Positions 51,356 through 63,513 are shown, numbered from the stretch's first letter. The stretch is DNA of 64,000 nucleotides from an uncultured Aliarcobacter sp. (GCA_963664305.2 CAXXLV010000002.1:1248001-1312000), one strand, 5' to 3'. Numbers and translations: made by a program. Notes: generated by a model not told the origin, from the sequence alone.

Positions 51356-51877
51356 ATGTTAAAAATTTTCAAACTTCTAATCATCACTTCTTTTGTACTT
51401 TTATTTACAGCTTGTTCTTCAAAAAATCCACCTCTACAAACTGTAGAAAAAGTAGAACTAAATAAGTATTTAGGTACTTGGTACGAAATAGCAAGATTTG
51501 AACACTTTTTTGAAAGAGATTGTAAAAATGTAACTGCAAACTACTCTATGATAGATGTTGAGACAATCAAAGTAATTAACAGATGTACAAAAATCCAAAC
51601 AAATGAGAAAAAAGAGGCAATTGGTAGAGCTTATGCAATTGATGAATCAAACAGCAAATTAAAAGTTAGTTTTTTTAGACCATTTTATGGGGATTATTGG
51701 GTTTTAATGCTTGATGAAAACTATAAATATGCCGTTGTTGGAACACCAAGTAGAGAGTATCTTTGGATTTTAGCAAGAGATTCAAAACTAGATGAAAAAA
51801 TCAAAAATGAGATTTTACAAAAACTCCCAAGTTTAGGATTTGACAGTTCAAAATTAATCTGGACTATTCAGGAATAA
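51356..51877 (+). CDS. blc: Outer membrane lipoprotein lipocalin
   Basis: Lipobox FTAC, YLGTWYEIAR, KVSFFRPFYGDYW, YLWILAR. Confidence 0.9.
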   Translation: MLKIFKLLIITSFVLLFTACSSKNPPLQTVEKVELNKYLGTWYEIARFEHFFERDCKNVTANYSMIDVETIKVINRCTKIQTNEKKEAIGRAYAIDESNSKLKVSFFRPFYGDYWVLMLDENYKYAVVGTPSREYLWILARDSKLDEKIKNEILQKLPSLGFDSSKLIWTIQE

Positions 51878-51880
51878 AAA

Positions 51881-52189
51881 ATGTACTTTGAAAAAAAAGA
51901 GAGTTTAAAACTAGATTTTACAAAAAAATCAAAAAAGGAAAAACAAGATTTGAGTACTTTTCAAGAAGAAGACTTAAATCGTTTGATTGAAATGGCATGG
52001 CAAGATAGAACTACTTTTGACACTATCTTTGAACTTTATGGTTTAACAGAAAATCAAGTAAAAAAGAAAATGCGAACTTTAATGAAAAGTAGTAGTTTTA
52101 AAATGTGGAGAAAAAGAGTTCAAGGAAAAGCTACAAAACATAAGAAAAAAGTTTTACATAAGGTTACAAGGTTTCAAGGACCTTGGTAA
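51881..52189 (+). CDS. TIGR03643/DUF2805 family protein
   Basis: RLIEMAWQDRT.F..I...YGL.E......MR...SSFKMWRKRV.G..TKH. Confidence 0.85.
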   Translation: MYFEKKESLKLDFTKKSKKEKQDLSTFQEEDLNRLIEMAWQDRTTFDTIFELYGLTENQVKKKMRTLMKSSSFKMWRKRVQGKATKHKKKVLHKVTRFQGPW

Positions 52190-52348
52190 TTAAATCTAAA
52201 AGTTTAAAAATTAACTATTTTTAAAACAAAAAATAACAATAAAATAAGCAATATACAACAATTAAACTAGCATAAATTAAGAAGAATAATTTAAAAAAAA
52301 ACTCTACAATTCTGAATATTTTTTAAAAATTCATAAAAGGCAAAATAG

Positions 52349-53800
52349 ATGAAAAAAATCTCAAAAGTACTTATTGCAAATAGAGGAGAGATAGCTCTTA
52401 GAATTATCAGAGCTTGTAAAGAGTTAGAAATAGCAAGTGTAGCAATATTTTCAGAAATTGATGTTGAAGGTATTTGGGTTAGAAAAGCTGATGAATGTTA
52501 TCCAATCATGGGAGATGTAGTTCAAGCATATCTTGATTATGAAAAAATCATCTCTATTGCAAAAAAATCTGATTGTGATGCAATTCATCCAGGATATGGA
52601 TTTTTAAGTGAAAATGCTGATTTTGCAAGAGCATGTGAAGAAAATGGTTTAATTTTTATTGGTCCTAAACCTGAACATATTGAACTATTTGGTGATAAAA
52701 TGGCTTCTAAAGTTGCTATGAAAAAAGTTGGAGTTCCAGTTCTTGAAGGTACAGACGAGCCTATTTTAGATGTAAAAGAAGGTGCTAGAATTGCAAAAGA
52801 AATCGGTTTCCCAGTAATCATCAAAGCAGCATTTGGTGGTGGTGGACGAGGTATGAGAATCGTTCGAGCTGAAAAAGAGTTCAAAGATATGTTTGAAAGT
52901 GCAACAAATGAAGCAAAAAAATATTTTGGTCGTGGTGAAGCATTTATTGAAAAATATGTAGAAAATCCAAGACATATTGAAATTCAAATTATTGCTGATA
53001 AATATGGAAACGTTCTTCATTTAGGTGAAAGAGATTGTTCTATCCAAAGAAGACATCAAAAAGTTATTGAAATTGCTCCAAGTCCAAGATTAGATGCAAG
53101 TACTAGAAAAGAATTATATAGAATTGCAACAAAAGCTATGTTCAAATTAGGATACGAAAGTGTTGGAACAATTGAGTTTTTAGTTGATGAAAGCAATAAT
53201 ATCTTCTTTATTGAAATGAATACAAGAGTTCAAGTTGAGCATCCTGTTACTGAAACAATCACAGGTGTTGATATTATTCAAAGAATGATTGAAATAGCTG
53301 AAGGTGATAAACTTCAATTCTTACAAGAAGATGTTCAATTCAGAGGTTATGCAATCGAATTTAGAATAAACGCTGAAAATCCACAAAAAAACTTCATGCC
53401 ATCTGTTGGAACAATTAGTAAATATTTAACTCCAGGAGGTCCAGGAGTAAGAATTGATACAAGTATTTATACTGGATATAAAGTTCCTGCAAATTATGAT
53501 TCAATGATTGGAAAATTAATCGTTTGGGCACTTGACTGGAAAGGTGCAGTTAAAAAAGCAAAAAGAGCTTTAGATGAATTCTATATAGAAGGATTCCCTA
53601 CAAATATTCCACTTCATAGAGAAATTGTAAGAGACCAAGATTTTATTGATGGAAAATTTACTACTAATTATCTTGATAAAAAAATGGAAATTTTTACATT
53701 ACACAGTGAAGATAATATTAAAAAAGAAGAAGAAAAAGTTGCTAATATCATGAAACTTATTGAGACTATCAACAAAAATAATTTAAAAGTTAAACATTAA
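52349..53800 (+). CDS. Biotin carboxylase subunit (AccC/PycA type)
   Basis: ANRGEIA, HPGYGFLSEN, GGGGRGMR, EMNTRVQVEH. Confidence 0.92.
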   Translation: MKKISKVLIANRGEIALRIIRACKELEIASVAIFSEIDVEGIWVRKADECYPIMGDVVQAYLDYEKIISIAKKSDCDAIHPGYGFLSENADFARACEENGLIFIGPKPEHIELFGDKMASKVAMKKVGVPVLEGTDEPILDVKEGARIAKEIGFPVIIKAAFGGGGRGMRIVRAEKEFKDMFESATNEAKKYFGRGEAFIEKYVENPRHIEIQIIADKYGNVLHLGERDCSIQRRHQKVIEIAPSPRLDASTRKELYRIATKAMFKLGYESVGTIEFLVDESNNIFFIEMNTRVQVEHPVTETITGVDIIQRMIEIAEGDKLQFLQEDVQFRGYAIEFRINAENPQKNFMPSVGTISKYLTPGGPGVRIDTSIYTGYKVPANYDSMIGKLIVWALDWKGAVKKAKRALDEFYIEGFPTNIPLHREIVRDQDFIDGKFTTNYLDKKMEIFTLHSEDNIKKEEEKVANIMKLIETINKNNLKVKH

Positions 53801-53823
53801 TAACCTCTTTTAGAGGTTATTAA
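53798..53823 (+). terminator. Terminator hairpin
   Basis: TAATAACCTCT-tt-(T)AGAGGTTATTA inverted repeat at the stop codon. Confidence 0.65.
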
Positions 53824-53866
53824 ACTCCACAGAAAAAATTAATCAAAATAATGTAAAAATCTTTTT

Positions 53867-54082
53867 ATGAAAGATTTAAAAGATACAATTATAAAACTAA
53901 TTATTAGTGCCATCATTTTAGCTATTGCATTTTCATATCTTGAAAAAAAGCCAACTACAACTGCAATACATTTTGATACTTCAAAAAATCAAAAAACAGA
54001 AGCAACTCCATCACAACTTCAATGGTATGATTCTTTTAAAGGTATAGAAAATCTTCCTTCAAAACCAAAACAAGATAATTAA
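53867..54082 (+). CDS. Small membrane-anchored hypothetical protein
   Basis: 71 aa with one TM helix. Confidence 0.6.
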   Translation: MKDLKDTIIKLIISAIILAIAFSYLEKKPTTTAIHFDTSKNQKTEATPSQLQWYDSFKGIENLPSKPKQDN

Positions 54083-54205
54083 TTTATTTTAATAATAATA
54101 TTTGCCTAGTATTTAATAGTAATTAAGCTAAAATTAAGTATTATTTATCTTATTTTCATCTTTTTAGTTGTATTATTTGGCAATTTATAAAGCGAAAGAA
54201 AAAAG

Positions 54206-56356
54206 ATGTCAGAAAATAATTTTTGTGATTTAGATGAACAATATGATGTAGATAAAGTAAATCTTTCATCAATTGAATATAATCAAATTCTAAATTTACA
54301 ACAACAAATTTTAGAGATGTTATCAACTAATACTAATACAGCACAAATATTGTCAAAACTTTGTGCGTTAGCTGAATCACTACTTCCAAATTCTGTAGCT
54401 TCAATCATGTTAAAAAATAAAGAAAATGGGCTTATGAGTATAAAAGCTGCTCCATCTATTCCTCAAAGTGGACAAAATAGACTTGAAAATCTAAAACCAG
54501 GTCCAACGGGTGGTTCTTGTGGTAATGCTGTTTATAAAAATTTACCTCAATTTGTAAAAAATACTTTCACAGATAAAAGATGGGCTGACCTTAAACAAGT
54601 TGCAATTGATTTTAATATATGTTCTTGTTGGTCTATGCCAATTAGAGATAAATTAAGAAACCCTATTGGTTCATTTGCCCTATCTTCATTTGAACATAGA
54701 TCTCCAAATGTTTTTCATATAAAATTATTAAGAACTGCTGCTTCAATAGTAAGTATAGTTTTAGAAAATGAAGAGATTCAAAAAAGAAATAGATTATTTT
54801 CAATAGCATTAAAAGACTCTTCAGATGGAATTATAATTACTGATGAAAAAAATCAAATTATTGAAATAAATGATGCCGTTGAAAAAATCTATGGATATAA
54901 AAAAGAAGAGTTATTAGGTAAAAATCCTAAAATTTTATCTTCAAATTTACATGATGATAATTTCTATGAAAATATGTGGAAAAAAATAAAAAAAGATTCA
55001 AAATGGAGTGGTGAAATTATCAATAGAAAAAAAGATAATTCATTAATTCATGAATGGATGAGTATTAGTGCAATTCAAGATGAAAATAAACAAACTCACA
55101 ACTATTTTGCCATTTTTACAGATTTAACTCAGTTAAAAGAAGCTCAAAATAAAATGGAATATATGGCTTATCATGATCCACTTACACATCTATATAATAA
55201 AAGCCACTTAATTTCAATCATAAATACTCCAAGTTATAAAACATTGATTCTTTTAAATATCAATAATTTTAGTTATATTAATACAGCTTACGGTTTTGAT
55301 GTTGGTGATGAGATTTTAATTTCTGTTTCTGAAATTTTAAACAACAATTTTGAAATTGATACTCTTTGCAAAATTCATTCTGATGAATTTGCATTGGTTT
55401 TTAATAGTGAAATTTCTATTATTGATAAAATTTCAGAAATTCAAAATTATTTTATGAAAAATCTAATCAATGTAAAAAAAATCAAATTAAATATTACCTT
55501 CTCTTATGGTGCAGTTTATGGTAATGAAATGCTTTTACGAAAAGCTTCAACAGCTTTAAAAGAAGCAAAAGAAAATGGAAAAAATAGATTTGAAATTTTT
55601 GAACAAAATTATAGTATTGACTATACAAAAAGAGAAGCTTTTATAAACAATACGAATCTTATAAAATCAGCATTAGATAATGACCAATTTTTCCCTTTTT
55701 TCCAAGGAATTTATGATAATCTAAATCACAATATAACAAAATATGAAGCCCTTGCTAGAATTGTTTTAGATGATAAAATCATTTCTCCTTTTGAATTCTT
55801 AGAACCAGCTAGATTATCTGGACTTTTACCTGAAATCACAAAAGTTATGATTGACAAAACTTTTAAAACTATGGCAAAAAACAATTTCTCATTTTCAATA
55901 AATATAACAGAAGATGATTTAGCAGAAAACTATCTTGTTGATTATTTAGATGAGAAAATCACATCTTATAAAATTAATCCAAATAGAGTTATTCTTGAAA
56001 TTCTTGAAGGTGTTAGTTCAACTGGCAAAAAAAATCATATCAAACAATTAACAGCACTAAAAAGTAAGGGTTTTAAAATAGCTATTGATGATTTTGGTGC
56101 TGAATATTCAAATTTTGAAAGAATTTTAGATTTGGATATTGATTTTTTGAAAATTGACTCAAAATATATAAAAGATATTGATACAAATAAAAGAAGTTTT
56201 GAAATTGTAAAAGCTATCGCTTTTTTTGCTAAAAATGTAAAAATTCCTTGTATCGCTGAATTTGTTCACAATGAAAGTGTACAAAAAATTGTAAATGACT
56301 TAGGTATAAATTTTTCTCAAGGTTACTTCTTTTCTGTTCCAAGTAAAAACATCTAA
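54206..56356 (+). CDS. GAF-PAS-degenerate GGDEF-EAL protein (likely phosphodiesterase)
   Basis: GSCG..SCWSMPI GAF; PAS; HSDEF in place of GGDEF; intact YEAL and DDFG. Confidence 0.88.
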   Translation: MSENNFCDLDEQYDVDKVNLSSIEYNQILNLQQQILEMLSTNTNTAQILSKLCALAESLLPNSVASIMLKNKENGLMSIKAAPSIPQSGQNRLENLKPGPTGGSCGNAVYKNLPQFVKNTFTDKRWADLKQVAIDFNICSCWSMPIRDKLRNPIGSFALSSFEHRSPNVFHIKLLRTAASIVSIVLENEEIQKRNRLFSIALKDSSDGIIITDEKNQIIEINDAVEKIYGYKKEELLGKNPKILSSNLHDDNFYENMWKKIKKDSKWSGEIINRKKDNSLIHEWMSISAIQDENKQTHNYFAIFTDLTQLKEAQNKMEYMAYHDPLTHLYNKSHLISIINTPSYKTLILLNINNFSYINTAYGFDVGDEILISVSEILNNNFEIDTLCKIHSDEFALVFNSEISIIDKISEIQNYFMKNLINVKKIKLNITFSYGAVYGNEMLLRKASTALKEAKENGKNRFEIFEQNYSIDYTKREAFINNTNLIKSALDNDQFFPFFQGIYDNLNHNITKYEALARIVLDDKIISPFEFLEPARLSGLLPEITKVMIDKTFKTMAKNNFSFSINITEDDLAENYLVDYLDEKITSYKINPNRVILEILEGVSSTGKKNHIKQLTALKSKGFKIAIDDFGAEYSNFERILDLDIDFLKIDSKYIKDIDTNKRSFEIVKAIAFFAKNVKIPCIAEFVHNESVQKIVNDLGINFSQGYFFSVPSKNI

Positions 56357-56523
56357 AATTATCATTCCAAAAATTACTTTTTTTAACTACTTATAACTCA
56401 CTTATTTATTTAATAATTTAAAAATAATAAATTTAAGACTCATTTAATCTTATTTCTCTTTATATAAGTTAAAATAATAACTTTATTATAAGAAAATCAA
56501 ATTTAACAAACAAGAGGAAGTAG

Positions 56524-58476
56524 ATGTTAAAAAATTTAAAGATGAGGGCTAAAATATTTCTAATAGTAATATTAGGAATTGTTGCATTAACTGTAGTTGC
56601 AATTCCAACTATAATTCAACTAAATTCAACTATTGACAGATTAGACAAAGCAGAAGAGTTAAATAAAGTTGATAGACGTTTTAATGAAATGAGAAGACAA
56701 GAAAAAAATTTCATTATTAGAAAAGATACAGAAAGTTTAGATGCATTTCAAAAAGCATATGATGATGGAATTAAAGTAATTAATGATTTATCAAAAAGAT
56801 TTAATAATCCAAAAAATCAAAAAATGTTAGAAGATATTAAATCTTCATTAGTTAATTATAAAAATGACTTTTTTGTATTAGTTAAAGAGATTGAATCTGA
56901 ACATGCCCAAGAATATAAAATGACAGATTCAGAAAAAACAATGGTAGAAAAAGCTAGAGAAACAAGTGAATTAATGGTTGTCTTTAGACGAGACCAAAAT
57001 AATCAAGCTGATGAAGAAATCAATGGATTAAAAACTACAATTATAACTGTTGGAATAATTGCTTTACTTTTACTTATTTCGCTAGGAACACTTATCGCTA
57101 ATTCTATTCTAAATGGATTAACTAGATTAAAAACAGGTCTTTTAAGTTTCTTTAGTTATTTAAATAGAGAAGCTCAAGATGTAGAATTAATCCACATTGA
57201 TTCAAAAGATGAATTTGGTGAAATGGCAACAGTTGTAAATGAAAACATAGAAAAAACAAAAAAAGGTATCGAAGAAGATAGAAAATTAATAGATGAGACA
57301 ATTGCCGTTTTAGGAGAATTTGAACAAGGTGATTTATGTCAAAGATTAAATATAACTGTAGATAATCCAGCATTAATGGAACTAAAAAATGTATTAAATA
57401 AAATGGCAAATAATCTTGAAAAAAATATTGATAATGTATTAAATATTTTAGATGAATATAGTAATTATAAATATTTAAATAAAATTGATAAAAGAGGATT
57501 AAAAGAACATCTTTTAAATCTTGCAAATGGCGTAAATACGCTTGGTGATTCAATAACACAAATGCTAAAAGAGAATAAAACAAATGGATTGACTTTAGAT
57601 AAAAGTTCAAATATTCTTTTATCTAATGTTGATAAATTAAATATCAGTTCAAATGAAGCAGCAGCTTCTTTAGAAGAAACAGCAGCAGCTTTAGAGCAAA
57701 TTACTTCAAATATTAGAAATAATACGCAAAATATAGCAAAAATGGCAAGTTATTCAAGTAATGTAACAAAATCTGCAAAAGATGGTGAAAAACTTGCAAA
57801 TCAAACAACTCAATCAATGGATGAGATAAATAATCAAGTTAATTTAATCAATGAAGCAATTACAGTTATTGACCAAATAGCATTCCAAACAAATATTCTT
57901 TCTTTAAATGCGGCTGTTGAAGCTGCAACTGCTGGAGAAGCTGGAAAAGGATTTGCAGTTGTAGCACAAGAAGTAAGAAACTTAGCATCTCGTTCAGCAG
58001 AAGCCGCTAAAGAGATAAAAATCATAGTAGAGAATGCAACTAAAAAAGCAAATGAAGGGAAAGATATAGCTTCAAATATGATTAGTGGATATAAAGAGTT
58101 AAATGAAAATATTTCTAATACAATAAACCTAATTCAAGATATCGAAATGTCAAGTAAAGAGCAACTTTCAGGAATAGAACAAATCAATGATGCTGTAAAT
58201 CAATTAGACCAACAAACTCAACAAAATGCAGCTGTTGCAAATCAAACTCATGATGTAGCAATTATTACAGATGAGATTGCAAAACTAATAGTAAATGATG
58301 CAAATGCAAAAGAATTTGAAGGGAAAAATGAAGTAAAAGCAAAAGATATAAATTTAGATAAAAAAGATAATTTTAATCAAATAAAATCATCTTCAAAACA
58401 AAAAGATACACAATCAAAAAAAGATACAAAAGTTGTATCAAACAAAACAAACAATGATGAATGGGAAAGCTTTTAA
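56524..58476 (+). CDS. Membrane methyl-accepting chemotaxis protein
   Basis: Two TMs; [30 protein letters not shown]; terminal EWESF pentapeptide. Confidence 0.93.
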   Translation: MLKNLKMRAKIFLIVILGIVALTVVAIPTIIQLNSTIDRLDKAEELNKVDRRFNEMRRQEKNFIIRKDTESLDAFQKAYDDGIKVINDLSKRFNNPKNQKMLEDIKSSLVNYKNDFFVLVKEIESEHAQEYKMTDSEKTMVEKARETSELMVVFRRDQNNQADEEINGLKTTIITVGIIALLLLISLGTLIANSILNGLTRLKTGLLSFFSYLNREAQDVELIHIDSKDEFGEMATVVNENIEKTKKGIEEDRKLIDETIAVLGEFEQGDLCQRLNITVDNPALMELKNVLNKMANNLEKNIDNVLNILDEYSNYKYLNKIDKRGLKEHLLNLANGVNTLGDSITQMLKENKTNGLTLDKSSNILLSNVDKLNISSNEAAASLEETAAALEQITSNIRNNTQNIAKMASYSSNVTKSAKDGEKLANQTTQSMDEINNQVNLINEAITVIDQIAFQTNILSLNAAVEAATAGEAGKGFAVVAQEVRNLASRSAEAAKEIKIIVENATKKANEGKDIASNMISGYKELNENISNTINLIQDIEMSSKEQLSGIEQINDAVNQLDQQTQQNAAVANQTHDVAIITDEIAKLIVNDANAKEFEGKNEVKAKDINLDKKDNFNQIKSSSKQKDTQSKKDTKVVSNKTNNDEWESF

Positions 58477-58491
58477 GCTTTCTCATAAAAA

Positions 58492-59355
58492 CTAATTTTT
58501 TCTCTTTTTATACAAAGCTATAAATATTCCAAAAAGTATAATAAAAGTTGAAATAAAAAGTTCAAATGTTATCTTTTCATTTAAAATCAAAACACTTAAA
58601 AATATAGCAATAATTGGCACTAAAAGTTGTAAAATACTTGCAGTTATAATCTCTATTCTTGGTAAAACTTCATACCAAATCAAATAACCTAAAGCTGATG
58701 TTATCATTCCAGAAGTAATAGCAACAAAAAAAGTAAATAAATCAACTTTGAAAATATCTATAAATAAAAAGCCAAAAATTATAGTAAAAATTGATGCTTT
58801 GAAAAAATTATCAGTTGTATTGTATGTTGCATTTGTTGATTTCTTCCCTAAAACACTATAAACACCCCAAGAAATTCCTGCAATAATCATCAAAAATGAA
58901 TGAAAAAAAGAGATAGAAAAATCTTCTTTGGGATAAAGTAAATAAACCAATCCAGCAAAAGCTATCAAAACACCAACTATTTTATTTATAGTTAATTTTT
59001 CTTTATAAAAAAGTGCAATTAAAATCATACTTAGTTGAACTACAGCAAAAAGAATTAAAGTTCCAACTCCTGCATACATATTTATAAAAGAGTAAGAAAA
59101 ACAAATAGCATAAGAAAAAAGCATAAAAGAACTAATCCAGTTTCTTTTAAAATCTAATTTTAAATTTTTATTTTTATAAAAATAGATAAATAATAAAAAT
59201 ATTGCCCCAGAGAATATTCTTAAAAAAGTAAATGAGTATGCATCTATATTTTGTGTTGAAATTGCCATTTTACACAAAATAGAGTTTGCACTTAAAAACA
59301 AAAGTGAAATAAAGATAAGAATTAGAAGTTTAAAATCAATATTTATAGCTTTCAT
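58492..59355 (-). CDS. DMT/EamA-family transporter
   Basis: About 10 TM helices with duplicated EamA pattern. Confidence 0.88.
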   Translation of the reverse strand: MKAINIDFKLLILIFISLLFLSANSILCKMAISTQNIDAYSFTFLRIFSGAIFLLFIYFYKNKNLKLDFKRNWISSFMLFSYAICFSYSFINMYAGVGTLILFAVVQLSMILIALFYKEKLTINKIVGVLIAFAGLVYLLYPKEDFSISFFHSFLMIIAGISWGVYSVLGKKSTNATYNTTDNFFKASIFTIIFGFLFIDIFKVDLFTFFVAITSGMITSALGYLIWYEVLPRIEIITASILQLLVPIIAIFLSVLILNEKITFELFISTFIILFGIFIALYKKRKN

Positions 59356-59363
59356 TTAAACTC

Positions 59364-59783
59364 CTAAATTCCAATAATCGTTGCAACTATTTTTCTACTT
59401 CCACCATGATTTCTATGTTCACCAAGATAAATACCTTGCCAAGTTCCAAGGTTTAATTTTCCATTTGTAATAGGTATTGTAAGACTTACCCCAAACAGTG
59501 AAGATTTGATATGAGCTGGCATATCATCTTCACCTTCATAAGTGTGAATGAAATAATTTTTATTTGAAACTACATCGTTTACAAAGTTCTCCATATCACT
59601 TCTTACACTACTATCACAATTTTCATTTAATGACAAACTTGCACTTGTATGTTTTAAAAGTAAGTTTAAAGTACCTATTTTGAAATTTTTTAGTTCTTCT
59701 AAATTTGATAAAACTTCATCAGTTATTAAATGAAAACCTCTTTGTTTTGCTTTTAATGAAAACTCTTTTTGAAAAACTTGCAA
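59364..59783 (-). CDS. YjbQ/UPF0047 family protein
   Basis: HTSASL..NEN, H..EG.DDMPAHIK, LGTWQGIY. Confidence 0.9.
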   Translation of the reverse strand: MQVFQKEFSLKAKQRGFHLITDEVLSNLEELKNFKIGTLNLLLKHTSASLSLNENCDSSVRSDMENFVNDVVSNKNYFIHTYEGEDDMPAHIKSSLFGVSLTIPITNGKLNLGTWQGIYLGEHRNHGGSRKIVATIIGI

Positions 59784-59816
59784 ACTTATCCTTTTTATTT
59801 TATTATAAAATAATTT

Positions 59817-61274
59817 TTATGAAGAACAAGATAATTTTATATTTGCAAATTTCATAGGTGTTGGTTGGGCAAATCTTTCAAACTCTTCATGTTCATCAAA
59901 TGGATTTTGTGCAATTTTTAGTAACTCATTTACTAAACTATAATCACCCTCGTCTGCTTTTTCAATAGCTTCTTGAAGCATATAGTTTTTTAGTATATAT
60001 TTTGGATTTACTTTTTTCATAATTTCAAATCTACTTTCAAAACTACTATTTTGCTCATCACAAGCTCTTTTATATGAATCAAACCATTTTCTCAAAGGGT
60101 CTTGAAAAACTGCTATATCTAAAATAGAAGATAAATCATCAAAAGATTTTAGATTTGTTAATCTATAAAAGAAAACATTGTAATCCATTTTTGAAGACTC
60201 TAATGCTCCAAGTAATTCAATAATCAAAAATTGGTTTGCATCACCACTTTTTGAAGCATCAAGCCCTACTCTTTTGTTCATCATATCTAAATATATTTTT
60301 TTGTGAATTGATAAATAAAATTTCATATAATTCTCTAACTTCTCTTCATCACATATTTTTTTCAAAGCATTTATTAGAACAAAGAGATTCCAACGTGCCA
60401 CAAATGGTTGATTGTTATATGAATATCTTCCTTCAACATCTGTATGATTACAAATTGCATTTTTTTCAAAATAATCCATAAAAGCATATGGTCCATAATC
60501 AATAGTAAGTCCAGCCATTGAAAAATTATCTGTATTCATAACTCCATGTTGAAAACCATAAACTTGCCACAAAGCCATAAGTTCTGCAGTTCTATCAACA
60601 AGCTTATAAAACATTTTTTCATATTTTTCATCTTCATTTTCAAGTTCAGGATATGACTGTTTTATTACATAATCAGCTAATTGTTTTAGATTTTTTTCAG
60701 AGTTTTCCTTTGTTCTTGCAAAAAATTCAAAAGTTCCTATTCTAATCCACGAAGGTGACATTCTTAAAACTATGGCACATGATTCTTGATTCCATTCTCT
60801 ATGGGCAAAAGTTTCTGAATCAATTATTGCTAAAGCTCTTGTTGTTGGTATTCCAAGAGCAAACATTGCCTCACTTATAAGATATTCTCTTATACTTGAG
60901 CGTAAAACTGCTCTTCCATCTCCTTGCCTAGAATATCGTGTTAATCCAGAACCTTTTGTTTGTAAATGCCAACCATTTATACTTCCTAGATTTATTGCTC
61001 TTCCATCTCCAAGTTGTGGAACAAAATAACCAAATTGATGTCCAGCATAAACCATACTATATGGAATACTTCCATTTAATATTTTTTCACCATTTATAAA
61101 TTTCAAAAACTCTTGTGTCTCACACTCTTCATAATCTAAACCTATTAAATCACATGCTTTTTTATTAAAAGAGACTAATTTTGGATTTTTTAAAGGACTT
61201 GCTTTTAATTTTTGGTATAACTTTTCATCAAATTCAAAAAAATCTACATCTATTTTTAATTCATCTAATTTCAT
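59817..61274 (-). CDS. selO: Protein adenylyltransferase SelO (YdiU)
   Basis: YAGHQFG..QLGDGR, KGSG.T.YSR.GDGRAVLRS, HGVMNTDN, C-terminal CSS. Confidence 0.93.
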   Translation of the reverse strand: MKLDELKIDVDFFEFDEKLYQKLKASPLKNPKLVSFNKKACDLIGLDYEECETQEFLKFINGEKILNGSIPYSMVYAGHQFGYFVPQLGDGRAINLGSINGWHLQTKGSGLTRYSRQGDGRAVLRSSIREYLISEAMFALGIPTTRALAIIDSETFAHREWNQESCAIVLRMSPSWIRIGTFEFFARTKENSEKNLKQLADYVIKQSYPELENEDEKYEKMFYKLVDRTAELMALWQVYGFQHGVMNTDNFSMAGLTIDYGPYAFMDYFEKNAICNHTDVEGRYSYNNQPFVARWNLFVLINALKKICDEEKLENYMKFYLSIHKKIYLDMMNKRVGLDASKSGDANQFLIIELLGALESSKMDYNVFFYRLTNLKSFDDLSSILDIAVFQDPLRKWFDSYKRACDEQNSSFESRFEIMKKVNPKYILKNYMLQEAIEKADEGDYSLVNELLKIAQNPFDEHEEFERFAQPTPMKFANIKLSCSS

Positions 61275-61341
61275 TATTTATTCTCTTTTTTTCTTAAAAA
61301 TTATTATTATATATGCAAGAACTCTACCAAAAGAAAACATA

Positions 61342-61366
61342 AAATAGGATAATATATATCTTATTT
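61342..61366. promoter_or_regulatory. Rrf2/IscR-like operator upstream of selO
   Basis: AAATAGGAT-N7-ATCTTATTT, matching the suf and nif boxes. Confidence 0.6.
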
Positions 61367-61519
61367 TAAAACTTTATTTTTTGAAGTATAAGATTATCAA
61401 ATAATAATAATTAACAAACTTCAAAAACTCTTATGAAAACACCATAATTTCCATACAAATGGTATATAAGATTATGATAACATACACATAAAATTTAAAT
61501 AAATAAAAGGTATTAGTAT

Positions 61520-63067
61520 ATGTTTTTTTCATTCAAAAAAAATAAAGATGATGATGCACAATTAAATGCAATCAATGAACACTATGCAGTTATCTTTTTT
61601 AAACCAGATGGCACAATAATAAAAGCAAATGATAATTTTTTAAATGCATTAGGTTACAGTAAAGAAGAGATTGTTGGTAAAAATCACAAAATGTTTTGTG
61701 ATATAAATTTTGTAAAAAGTAAAGATTATTTAGATTTTTGGAATAATTTAAATAAAGGTATCGTACAAACTTCTGAATTTAAAAGAATCAAAAAAAATGG
61801 TGAATCAGTTTATTTACAAGCATCTTACACTCCAATAAAAGATTCAAATGGAAAAGTTTACCAAGTAATTAAATTTGCACAAGATATAACTCAGAAAAAG
61901 TTACAAGCTTTAGATTATAATGGACAAATTCAAGCTATTAGTAAATCTCAAGCAATAATTGAATTTAATCTTGATGGAACAATAATAACTGCAAATGACA
62001 ACTTTTTAAAAACCCTTGGTTACTCTTTAAATGAAATAGTAGGTAAACATCACAGTATTTTTTGTGAAGAGTCTTACAAAAATTCTAATGATTATAAAGA
62101 TTTCTGGAAAAAATTAAATCAAGGTCAATTTGAAGGTGGAGAATTTTTAAGAATTGGTAAAAATGGCAAAAATGTTTGGATTCAAGCAACATATAATCCT
62201 ATCATGGATATAGATGGGAAACCATTCAAAGTTGTAAAATATGCAGTAGATATAACAAATAAAAAAAATACAATGTTTGAAATAGGTGAAAATATACAAA
62301 AATTAACTAATTCATTAAATAATCTTTCATCAGCATCAAATACAATGTCAAAAGAAGCAAAAGTTACAATGGATGGTTCACAAGAAGTTTCAGTATCTTT
62401 AGAGCAAATGAATCAAGCAGTATCTGATTTATCAGAAAAAATTGAATCTATGCTTGCTTCTATAAATAGTATTGCTCAAGAGGCTGCAAATGGTGAAAAG
62501 ATTTCTAAAGATGCAAAAGAACAATCAAAAACAACATCATCAGCTATGATTAGATTAAACGAAGAGTCTGCAAAAATAAGTCAAACGATTAGTATTATCA
62601 CTCAAATTGCATTTCAAACAAATATTTTAAGTCTAAATGCAGCAGTTGAAGCAGCAACTGCTGGAGAAGCAGGAAAAGGATTTGCTGTTGTTGCTGGTGA
62701 AGTAAGAAATCTTGCAACTAGGTCAAATGATGCAGCAAAAGAGATTACAACTGCTGTTGAATATATTCAATCTTTAATAAAAAATTCTTTAGATTCTATA
62801 CATATTATAGATTCAACTATTGAAGAAATAAGTACTATCTCTTCTAAAATATCAAATTCTATGGCTCAACAACAAACTATTTCAAATGCACTTGCAAGTA
62901 GTGCACTTGAAACAAGTCAAGGAATAAATGAAATTTCAAATACTATGATAAATGTTTCTCAAAGTGCAAAAACAACAGAAGATGAAGCAATAGAAACTGT
63001 AAATGCTTCAAAAGAATTGATTAATATTTCTAAAACATTAATCTCAACTTTAAAATCACTCAATTAA
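61520..63067 (+). CDS. Soluble PAS-PAS chemoreceptor (BdlA/Aer-like)
   Basis: Two PAS repeats (AN.NFL..LGY..EIVG.HH), MCP hairpin, no TM. Confidence 0.9.
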   Translation: MFFSFKKNKDDDAQLNAINEHYAVIFFKPDGTIIKANDNFLNALGYSKEEIVGKNHKMFCDINFVKSKDYLDFWNNLNKGIVQTSEFKRIKKNGESVYLQASYTPIKDSNGKVYQVIKFAQDITQKKLQALDYNGQIQAISKSQAIIEFNLDGTIITANDNFLKTLGYSLNEIVGKHHSIFCEESYKNSNDYKDFWKKLNQGQFEGGEFLRIGKNGKNVWIQATYNPIMDIDGKPFKVVKYAVDITNKKNTMFEIGENIQKLTNSLNNLSSASNTMSKEAKVTMDGSQEVSVSLEQMNQAVSDLSEKIESMLASINSIAQEAANGEKISKDAKEQSKTTSSAMIRLNEESAKISQTISIITQIAFQTNILSLNAAVEAATAGEAGKGFAVVAGEVRNLATRSNDAAKEITTAVEYIQSLIKNSLDSIHIIDSTIEEISTISSKISNSMAQQQTISNALASSALETSQGINEISNTMINVSQSAKTTEDEAIETVNASKELINISKTLISTLKSLN

Positions 63068-63513
63068 TTGAGTGATTTTGAATCTATCAAATTTTTAACA
63101 CAAATATCAATCATTTCAAAAACTTTATCAAAACCTTCAAAACCATCAAAAAAATATGGGTCAGGAACACAAGCTCCATCAAAACCAAAATCTCCAAGTT
63201 TTAAAGGATTTATACATCCTAGATTTTTTAGATTTGAAATATTACTATTATCAAGTCCGACAATTAAATCAAATCGCTTAAAATCATCTTTTTTAACTTG
63301 TCTTGCCCTTTGAGTTGAAATATCAACACCATTTTGTAAAGCAACTTTTATTGAATTTTCACAAGGAGGTTCACCAATATGCCAAGAACCAGTTCCAGCA
63401 CTCTCAATTTCTATATCTAAATTTTTTTCCAAAATATATTTTTTTGCAATTCCCTCAGCAAGAGGTGAACGACAAATATTTCCTAAACATACAAATAAAA
63501 TTGATTTTCCCAT
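63064..63513 (-). CDS. Low-molecular-weight protein tyrosine phosphatase
   Basis: VCLGNICRS and DPY motifs. Confidence 0.93.
   Translation of the reverse strand: MGKSILFVCLGNICRSPLAEGIAKKYILEKNLDIEIESAGTGSWHIGEPPCENSIKVALQNGVDISTQRARQVKKDDFKRFDLIVGLDNSNISNLKNLGCINPLKLGDFGFDGACVPDPYFFDGFEGFDKVFEMIDICVKNLIDSKSLN

Noticed and set aside
59817..59830. Selenocysteine recoding in selO
   Set aside because: The gene ends Cys-Ser-Ser-TAA with no in-frame TGA.
57870..62720. DNA similarity between ~57880-57990 and ~62605-62715
   Set aside because: Explained by the conserved MCP signalling hairpin in two paralogues.
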